In this document: positions 7,950 to 14,059 of the stretch, piece after piece | Layout of the letters: the number at the start of each line of letters is the position of its first letter | Numbering within the stretch: position 1 is the first letter of the stretch | From: Candidatus Thorarchaeota archaeon | GTDB taxonomy: Archaea; Asgardarchaeota; Thorarchaeia; Thorarchaeales; Thorarchaeaceae | Direction: 5' to 3' | DNA length: 14,059 nucleotides | Assembly (NCBI GenBank): GCA_016840855.1 | Contig: JAEORO010000020.1 | Location: 1-14,059, forward strand | Position numbers and translations under genes: made by a program | The notes under the pieces: generated by a model | Told to the model about the DNA's origin: nothing | Databases searched by the model: none | Seen by the model: only the letters and a program-made list of their open reading frames with translations

Positions 7950-8963
7950 CTAACATACGCGAGGTATAGGTTCACCATATGGTACTTGGATTATCTTACG
8001 ACCTCCGATTGTGGTCCTCATGACAACTCTAGCCTTACCATCGAGGACTTTACCAACTACTCGAGGGTCTTGTGTAGTCTTATATTTTGTAAGAGCATCG
8101 AGAATGTCATCAGTATCTCTGGATTCAACACTCATTACTACAGTGCCTTCGCAGCTCATGTGAAGTGGGTCAAGTCCGAGTACGTTGCATAGGGACTGAA
8201 CCGATGGACGGACTGGAATTTTCTCTTCTTGGAGCTCGAACTCAACTTTGGATTTTGACGCGAGTTCATTTAAAGCGACGGCTGTACCACCTCTGGTCGG
8301 GTCCTTCATGGCATGCACATCACCTGCATCAAGACAGGCGCGAATTGGTTCCCAAAGAGGAGCAACATCACTGACTAAATCAGTATCAAAATTCAGTCCT
8401 TCTCGGTGTGCGAGTAACGAAGTTCCGTGATCACCCACTGGTCCTGAGATGATTATGTCATCACCAGGTTTAGCGCCACTGTCTGAAATTGGATGGTCCA
8501 AGTAGGGAATTCCAATCCCTGTTGTTGACATTACGATTCCATCAAGAGTTCCTGGAGGCATTACTTTTGTGTCGCCAGCTATCATTGCAATGTCAAGAGG
8601 CTCAATGATACTATTGAGAGAGCGTAGCATAGTCTGAAGCAAGGCAATCTCAACGCCTTCCTCTACGATTACAGTATTTGTCATTGCTACAGGTTTAGCT
8701 CCCATGACAGCTAAGTCATTGATGGTACCGCAGGCTGTTAGGATTCCTAGATTACCACCAGGAAACACAATTGGGTGTATTGTATGGGCATCAGTGCACA
8801 CAATTAGATTGACACCTGTAACTTGCAGCGTAGCACCATCGTCCATCTCATCAAGACCAATTTCTCCTATTTTTCTTCTTCCAAAAGAGGGGATTATTAC
8901 TTCTTCTAGAAGACGCTGCATCAACTTGCCACCAGCTCCATGTGCAGTTTCAATCTTTGACAT
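7950..8963 (-). CDS. hypE: [NiFe]-hydrogenase maturation carbamoyl dehydratase HypE
   Basis: HGAGG, DDGA, GTINDLAVMGAKP, GDTKV, MKDPTRGG and C-terminal PRVC (PR[IV]C). Start revised to ATG 8963, with GGAGG at 8971-8975. Confidence 0.96.
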   Translation of the reverse strand: MSKIETAHGAGGKLMQRLLEEVIIPSFGRRKIGEIGLDEMDDGATLQVTGVNLIVCTDAHTIHPIVFPGGNLGILTACGTINDLAVMGAKPVAMTNTVIVEEGVEIALLQTMLRSLNSIIEPLDIAMIAGDTKVMPPGTLDGIVMSTTGIGIPYLDHPISDSGAKPGDDIIISGPVGDHGTSLLAHREGLNFDTDLVSDVAPLWEPIRACLDAGDVHAMKDPTRGGTAVALNELASKSKVEFELQEEKIPVRPSVQSLCNVLGLDPLHMSCEGTVVMSVESRDTDDILDALTKYKTTQDPRVVGKVLDGKARVVMRTTIGGRKIIQVPYGEPIPRVC

Positions 8964-9059
8964 CAACCATCCTCCGACTATGCAGTGTCTAGAAACAGAC
9001 CTTAGAAGTATTTGAAGAGGTCGCTTCGAACATGAAAAGAAGTTGGACACTAAGCAACA

Positions 9060-9066
9060 TTTAAAA
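9060..9066 (+). promoter_or_regulatory. Putative TATA box for rps8e
   Basis: TTTAAAA about 47 nt upstream of the ATG, in the divergent hypE/rps8e spacer. SD GAGGTG at 9100-9105. Confidence 0.45.
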
Positions 9067-9112
9067 CGAATCTACAAGGAGGCTGAATGACCTAACCAAG
9101 AGGTGTTCAGAT

Positions 9113-9490
9113 ATGGGTGTTTGGCATAGAAGATCAACACGTACTTCCACTGGTGCTCGATTAAAGCGGTTCAAAAGTAAGAGAAAGCACGAGATGGGTA
9201 GAACTCCAACTGAAACCCTAATGGGCGAAGCAAAGCGCACCTCAATTGATAGTAGACGTAAAGTAAAGAAGACACCAGCACTTCGTCTTGGCCAAGTTAA
9301 TGTCACAGATCCATCAAAAAATGTGACATTCCGTGCTGAATTACAGGATGTTGAGAAAAATCCAGCTAACATGGACTATCAGCGAAGAAAAGTCATTACA
9401 CGTGGCACAATCATCAAGACCTCAAAAGGTCGTGCGAGAGTAACAAGCAGACCGGGTCAAGAAGGGATTCTGAACGCTGTGTTAATCTAA
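9113..9490 (+). CDS. rps8e: 30S ribosomal protein S8e
   Basis: MGVWHRRSTR..TG, KRKHEMGR, VEKNPAN, VITRGTII and ARVTSRPGQEGILNAVLI. 125 aa. Confidence 0.97.
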   Translation: MGVWHRRSTRTSTGARLKRFKSKRKHEMGRTPTETLMGEAKRTSIDSRRKVKKTPALRLGQVNVTDPSKNVTFRAELQDVEKNPANMDYQRRKVITRGTIIKTSKGRARVTSRPGQEGILNAVLI

Positions 9491-9518
9491 GAAACGGATT
9501 TTTCGTAAGTAGTTCTTT

Positions 9519-9914
9519 TTAATCAACAAAGGATTCTGCGACTTCAGCTTCAATGCTCGTTATCACAAAGTCTCTCCCACCAGTGATTTTTGTGGAACTA
9601 CTTCCACATTTTCCACACTTCATGGGTGCGAACACGGCTATTTGATTAGGAATATCTGGATCTAGATTTGACTCGCCTTCGAATCCGCAGTCATTACAGA
9701 GTAGTCGACCTGTGACTTTCTTAATCCGCAATTCTGCACCTTCTAAAATCGAGTTTCGGCTGGCAATTTCAAAATTAAATATTAGTTGTTCAGGAATAAG
9801 AAAAGTGAATTCTCCAACTTCTACATTAACAGCAGAAACTCTTGATGCTCCGTTACTAATTGCTGCTTCAAGTGCAGTATCGACAATAGAACATGCTGCA
9901 GAGAACTCATGCAA
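9519..9914 (-). CDS. hypA: Hydrogenase nickel incorporation protein HypA
   Basis: N-terminal MHE Ni-binding motif, VEVGEFT..PEQL.F.F, CNDC ... CGKC Zn site, and GRDF.I.SIE. TTG start with GGTG upstream. Confidence 0.96.
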   Translation of the reverse strand: MHEFSAACSIVDTALEAAISNGASRVSAVNVEVGEFTFLIPEQLIFNFEIASRNSILEGAELRIKKVTGRLLCNDCGFEGESNLDPDIPNQIAVFAPMKCGKCGSSSTKITGGRDFVITSIEAEVAESFVD

Positions 9915-9984
9915 TTAATAACACCAAGACCAGCATGTTGGAAGTTCTGTTAAGGCACTTCCGATATAGTCAAAGGTCAGACTC

Positions 9985-10012
9985 TTTATATGATTCATCG
10001 TTTACTGATGAA
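9985..10012 (+). promoter_or_regulatory. Putative TATA box with an adjacent inverted repeat
   Basis: TTTATAT at 9985-9991 followed by TTCATC-N7-GATGAA (9994-10012). SD GGAGGT at 10034-10039. Confidence 0.4.
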
Positions 10013-10043
10013 ATGTCCTGTTATGATGTGAGAGGAGGTCGCC

Positions 10044-10649
10044 TTGTCCAAGATATCTAAAACATCAAAAAAGACAGTCGCGTCTAAGAGGGAAACCAAG
10101 AGTAGTAAAAAAGCTCCAAATAAATCTACAGCTAAGAAGTCCTCTAAACCCGAAGCAAAGCCTACCAAAAGAAAGACCACAAAAGAGAAGAAAACTTCTG
10201 GGAAGGGAGCTGGCGTAAAGACACTACCAACCAAGAAGACTAGTAAGAAAAAATCAGTGGTAAAGGGCTCTGTTGAAAAAGAGAAAGAGATGCTTAATGA
10301 ACTAGAAACTGAGATACATAGTAATGATGAACAAGTCTGTCTGGGAGCTGTTGATCGGTTGGGAAGTTTGAAACATCCAGATGCGACACGAGTCTTAATG
10401 GTCGCACTTGAAGACAAACGATACATGGTTAGGATACACGCTGCTGCTCAACTAGGTGAGAGAAAGGACAAGAAATCGATTGATGCATTGGTTGAGTCTC
10501 TTAATGATGATTCGGTTTTTGTAAGGCAGACGGTGGCGGGAGCTCTTGAGAACATCGGTGGTGCTAAAGCAAAGAAGGCACTCTCTAAAGCAGAGAGAGA
10601 AGGTTTGCTTCTGGATGAGTTGCCGGAAGGAAAAAGACTTGGAGAATAG
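10044..10649 (+). CDS. HEAT-repeat (PBS-lyase/HEAT_2-type) protein with a Lys-rich low-complexity N-terminus
   Basis: Repeats D..VCLGAVDRLG, LEDKRYMVRIHAAAQLG and LNDDSVFVRQTVAGALENIG. First 75 aa are K/S/T-rich. TTG start after GGAGGT. Confidence 0.85.
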   Translation: MSKISKTSKKTVASKRETKSSKKAPNKSTAKKSSKPEAKPTKRKTTKEKKTSGKGAGVKTLPTKKTSKKKSVVKGSVEKEKEMLNELETEIHSNDEQVCLGAVDRLGSLKHPDATRVLMVALEDKRYMVRIHAAAQLGERKDKKSIDALVESLNDDSVFVRQTVAGALENIGGAKAKKALSKAEREGLLLDELPEGKRLGE

Positions 10650-10760
10650 ATACAAAACTCATCTCTGTCATGTGAGAAGAGGGTGGTATATTCGACGGCA
10701 TTCTGCTTATATTGAAAGGTGTTAGGATTTTGTTAGTAGACAATACGGAGAATAACCATC

Positions 10761-11309
10761 TTGAATGATTTCTCTAACGATGAGATTACGAAGATTGAGT
10801 CGCAAATCAAGGATCTCGATTTAGACTATATGCGTGGACTTGTTTCAGATGATGAGTATAGTCAAAAAATGGCGAAGTTGAGGCTGCAACTGGAACAAGC
10901 AGGGGGGTCAGCGAAAAGTGTGTCACCAGTTCAGAAAATCGAACCTAAAGAGATACAGGCTGCCAAATTGCAACCACCACCAGCCGAAAAGAGAGCTGCA
11001 GTAGATCCCGTTACAGCCGTAAAGAGAGCAGTGGAAGGTATGAGAAGACTTGCCTTGGAGAAGATAGCACAAGAGGCAGGCGTGTCAATTATGAATGTAA
11101 CCAAGATCTTAAGCGACCTCTTAGATGGAAGAGAACTTTCCGGAAGGATAGACCACGATCGAGGAGATTTCATTCTTGGGACTGGAACTGGACCACCCCC
11201 AAAAACTATTGCAGTCTGTCCATACTGTAAGAACGATTTGAAACGAATTGCAGTAAAGGGGGAAACTGTGACGTGCACCATGTGCAGGGAGTCATTCATT
11301 GTATCATGA
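10761..11309 (+). CDS. Hypothetical protein: SHOCT-like N-terminus + PCI-like winged helix + C4 Zn ribbon
   Basis: LDYMRGLVSDDEYSQKMAKL (SHOCT-like), LALEKIAQEAGVS..NVTKILSDLLDGRELSGRID (PCI/WH-like) and CPYC...CTMC. TTG start; GGAG at 10747-10750. Confidence 0.65.
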   Translation: MNDFSNDEITKIESQIKDLDLDYMRGLVSDDEYSQKMAKLRLQLEQAGGSAKSVSPVQKIEPKEIQAAKLQPPPAEKRAAVDPVTAVKRAVEGMRRLALEKIAQEAGVSIMNVTKILSDLLDGRELSGRIDHDRGDFILGTGTGPPPKTIAVCPYCKNDLKRIAVKGETVTCTMCRESFIVS

Positions 11310-11330
11310 TGTAACTCAGGGTGATTGTAA

Positions 11331-12602
11331 TTGGACTTCTTTCAGGCATGTCTGAAGGCAGATAATCGAGAAGCTGTGAATGCCATCAGGAAGATGATAC
11401 CATCTGCACGTCCATCAGCTATCTGGGCAGTACTTATGCATGGCGCAGCATGGCATGAACAACGAACCTATGATACGCCACATTCAACAATCGTTGTGAA
11501 TTCGGTACACAAGATGATTGAGGACTTTGGTAGTCACACGGGACTTGCACCTGATGTTCCATCTAAGTCTATCAGGATTAATCTTGAAGAAGAGAAGAAA
11601 GTCGATGTTCAGGAATTATTGATTGAACGACTTGCACTACATTTAGCAGATATTGATCACTGGAATCTGGAAAAAGGACCCAGTTATAATGTCGAGAAGA
11701 GTATTGACTCTCCTGATAACGCCATCAGAAAGTTTGAGAGTACAATACGGCAAAAGAGCTTAGTTGGTTCTTGGGAAGCATCAGTCATTCTGGCATCTAA
11801 GGATGAACCTACTAGATTAAGACGTGTCATTGCATCACTTGCTGCAGAAGAACCTGATAAGCTAGGACATGCCTTCATTATGCCCACCTCTCTTATTGAA
11901 GAATTGCCCAGAGCAGAATATACCAGGCCGCAGATTGCATCTCTTTGGCATCTTATGGAATTCCTCGTGAGAAAAATACCATCGCAATCTCCTGAGGGCT
12001 TTTCGCAAGATGATAATTTGTCAAAGTTAGTGAAACCAGTAAGTCTAGGGGAGTATCGAAATATCTTCGTGAATGCTCTTGCGAATTATGGAATTCTAGG
12101 ACATAATACTATCTTTGCTCAGAGAATTGCAGCTGCCAATCAGAATGGGCTTGTGACAAAAGAGATGATTCGCTGGCTTGTTGGGAAGTTGAAACAAAAC
12201 ATTGGTGGGACAATGGCTTCCGATGATGACTTGGCTTATGAAAGAGTTCTGAAGAAAAATGTGGGGACTGACTGGATCCAACAACCTGATGCTAACAGGC
12301 TCCCGCATACAAAACCGATTCAAGATTGGGTCACTAACAATGACTTTGCTAAGATGTGGGCAGCTATGACTCATAAAAGGTCTTGCGAGTTTGAGAATAA
12401 GCTCCCTGAATTTGATTCTGAGTGGCAACTTGTGCGATGTTGTCAGTATATTATGGCAGCACTTCTAAGTGAGCCTCGAGCATCTCATGTAATGATCTTC
12501 ACTCATGCTGCGTGGAGTCTTGTGGACCATCTTCTCGTTCCAAGTGACTTAGCGGCTCTACAGATTCATAGGATGCTCCGGAAACACCTGAGTGAGTGGT
12601 AA
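11331..12602 (+). CDS. Hypothetical alpha-helical protein with four H-x-x-I motifs (423 aa)
   Basis: Long ORF filling the gap between neighbours, SD GGGTGA at 11319-11324, 21 nt downstream of the previous gene. Function not recognised. Confidence 0.8.
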   Translation: MDFFQACLKADNREAVNAIRKMIPSARPSAIWAVLMHGAAWHEQRTYDTPHSTIVVNSVHKMIEDFGSHTGLAPDVPSKSIRINLEEEKKVDVQELLIERLALHLADIDHWNLEKGPSYNVEKSIDSPDNAIRKFESTIRQKSLVGSWEASVILASKDEPTRLRRVIASLAAEEPDKLGHAFIMPTSLIEELPRAEYTRPQIASLWHLMEFLVRKIPSQSPEGFSQDDNLSKLVKPVSLGEYRNIFVNALANYGILGHNTIFAQRIAAANQNGLVTKEMIRWLVGKLKQNIGGTMASDDDLAYERVLKKNVGTDWIQQPDANRLPHTKPIQDWVTNNDFAKMWAAMTHKRSCEFENKLPEFDSEWQLVRCCQYIMAALLSEPRASHVMIFTHAAWSLVDHLLVPSDLAALQIHRMLRKHLSEW

Positions 12603-12611
12603 GCAGAGGAA

Positions 12612-14059
12612 TTATTTTTCTTCGCCTTTTCGATAAGACTCAGCAAGAAGGTCTGGGATATAGCGAACCTGCATGTTTGTTTCCTTCATCATATCATTAA
12701 TCTGGATTGTACAGAAGGGACATTCAGTAGTCACCATGTCAGCACCAGTTGCTTCAATGTACTCCTTCTTTGTTTGGGCAATTTTCTGGGAAAGCTCACG
12801 TTGACCTGCACGGACACCGCCGCCTGCACCACAACAGCGATTCTTGTAGGGATCATCAATGTATTCCACACCAGGTATCATTTTGAGAAGCTCGATTGGC
12901 TCGTCATATACATGCTGACCCCTGCCCAAGTGACAGGGTTCGTGATAGGTGATTTTCAATTTGATTTCACCCTTTGGTGGAACAATGTTCTCCTTACCAA
13001 TCACATGAATCATGTACTCTGCTAAGTCATAGACCTTGTACATTGGTGGTTCTCCACGATCTGACTCAATAAAAGGTCGATGATCCTCTCGGAGTGTTTT
13101 TCCGCATCCTGCACAAGCAACCACTACTGTGTCACAATTGTATTTCTTGCAGGCTTCTTCGAATATCTCAGTAACTCTGCGTGCGGCTGCATGAGCTGTG
13201 TTGAGATCTCCAGTCCTGAAGGCAGGACTTGCGCAGCACCATTGTTCCTTCGGAACGACTACATCAATATTGTTACGATTCAGAACATCAATCAGTGCTT
13301 TGCCAGTGTTCTGCATCCGGTAGTCTATAAGACAGCCTGTGAAGAAAGCAACACGACCGCGCGGATTATCCACGAAGAACTCTGCGTCTTTAACTTGTTT
13401 GAGAAGAGGTGCATCCTTAACAGGCACAGCCCTACCAGTTGCATTAATAGAGTCGATAAAGGCTTGCTGACCTTCAGCAAGTGGATAGCCAGCTTCGACA
13501 GCTTTGGCCCTAAGCAGTTCTACAGCTAAAGCAGGGATGTCTATCTTTTTGGGACAGATGTCGGTACACATCTTACAAGTAGTGCAGCTGTAGACTGATT
13601 CATTCATCGCCATTGCTACACGATCCTCTACATCGCGAGGGTCAAGCTCAAGCCTAGCTATCTGACGAATAATCATTGGACCAGGATAATCCCAGGTTTC
13701 ATGAACAATTGGGCAGTTGGATAAGCATGCACTGCATTCGATGCATTTTCGAATCTCACGAAGCTTTTCAATTTCCTCAGCATGGATAATCTCAGGATGC
13801 TGTGGCTGTTTATCACGCGCAACATAAGGACGGATTCGTCGGATACGAAAAGATGTCTGAGCCATGTCAGTGACTAAGTCCTTAATGACAGGCATCTTTT
13901 CGAGTGGTTCGAGGACTAGGTTTTCTTCAGGGTTTACCTTAGTTCGACATGCGATACGAGCTGTCTTGTTGACTTTCACGGCGCAAGAACCGCATTGACC
14001 CCCTCTACATTCCCATCGAAACGCCAAGCTTGAATCATACTTGTCTTGAATATAGAGTA
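12612..14059 (-). CDS. tfrB: Thiol:fumarate reductase subunit B-like protein (SdhB/FrdB Fe-S domains fused to two CCG domains), 5'-truncated
   Basis: Frame stays open to the window edge (..LYIQDKYDSSLAFRWEC). [2Fe-2S] motif CRGGQCGSC...C; two [4Fe-4S] motifs CIECSACLSNCP and CTTCKMCTDICP; HdrD-like CCG domains (GC...CCA...CAGC and HEPCH...CCGAGG...CPFC). Confidence 0.85.
   Translation of the reverse strand, partial: LYIQDKYDSSLAFRWECRGGQCGSCAVKVNKTARIACRTKVNPEENLVLEPLEKMPVIKDLVTDMAQTSFRIRRIRPYVARDKQPQHPEIIHAEEIEKLREIRKCIECSACLSNCPIVHETWDYPGPMIIRQIARLELDPRDVEDRVAMAMNESVYSCTTCKMCTDICPKKIDIPALAVELLRAKAVEAGYPLAEGQQAFIDSINATGRAVPVKDAPLLKQVKDAEFFVDNPRGRVAFFTGCLIDYRMQNTGKALIDVLNRNNIDVVVPKEQWCCASPAFRTGDLNTAHAAARRVTEIFEEACKKYNCDTVVVACAGCGKTLREDHRPFIESDRGEPPMYKVYDLAEYMIHVIGKENIVPPKGEIKLKITYHEPCHLGRGQHVYDEPIELLKMIPGVEYIDDPYKNRCCGAGGGVRAGQRELSQKIAQTKKEYIEATGADMVTTECPFCTIQINDMMKETNMQVRYIPDLLAESYRKGEEK

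Noticed and set aside
10006-10030. TGATGA box C-like motif suggesting a C/D sRNA
   Set aside because: No downstream CTGA box D at a suitable distance before the next gene.
2197-13529. Remaining alternative or antisense ORFs inside the vWA gene, third Roadblock gene, smc, scpA, hypE, rps8e, hypA, the HEAT gene, the PCI-like gene, the 423-aa gene and tfrB
   Set aside because: They overlap strongly supported genes and mostly show the Ser/Phe/Leu-rich composition expected from reverse-reading Glu/Lys-rich sequence.
1-14059. CRISPR arrays, tRNA/rRNA genes, transposases, integrases or defence-type SMC systems (Wadjet/MksBEFG)
   Set aside because: None seen by eye. The SMC is a canonical long-arm Smc with ScpA/ScpB and no adjacent nuclease/Toprim gene.

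Overview
A gene-dense archaeal chromosomal window. Gene content points to an Asgard archaeon, most plausibly Thorarchaeia (inference only): three Roadblock/LC7 genes, a Zn-finger+vWA Sec23/24-like gene, a PCI-like winged-helix protein, GGAGG/GAGGTG Shine-Dalgarno sites and frequent TTG starts. Left to right: two Roadblock genes and a Sec23/24-like gene on the minus strand, a divergent third Roadblock gene, a hairpin-rich 198-bp spacer, and a tightly packed smc-scpA-scpB operon. Then come hypE, rps8e, hypA, a Lys-rich-tail+HEAT-repeat protein, a SHOCT/PCI-like-WH/Zn-ribbon protein, a 423-aa unknown with four repeated His motifs, and a 5'-truncated TfrB-like (SdhB+CCG) Fe-S protein. No tRNA, rRNA, CRISPR array or mobile element was recognised. 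The best candidate novel system is the Roadblock x3 + Sec23/24-like cluster, a possible small-GTPase regulatory or proto-coat module. All family assignments are by eye from motifs; no searches were run.
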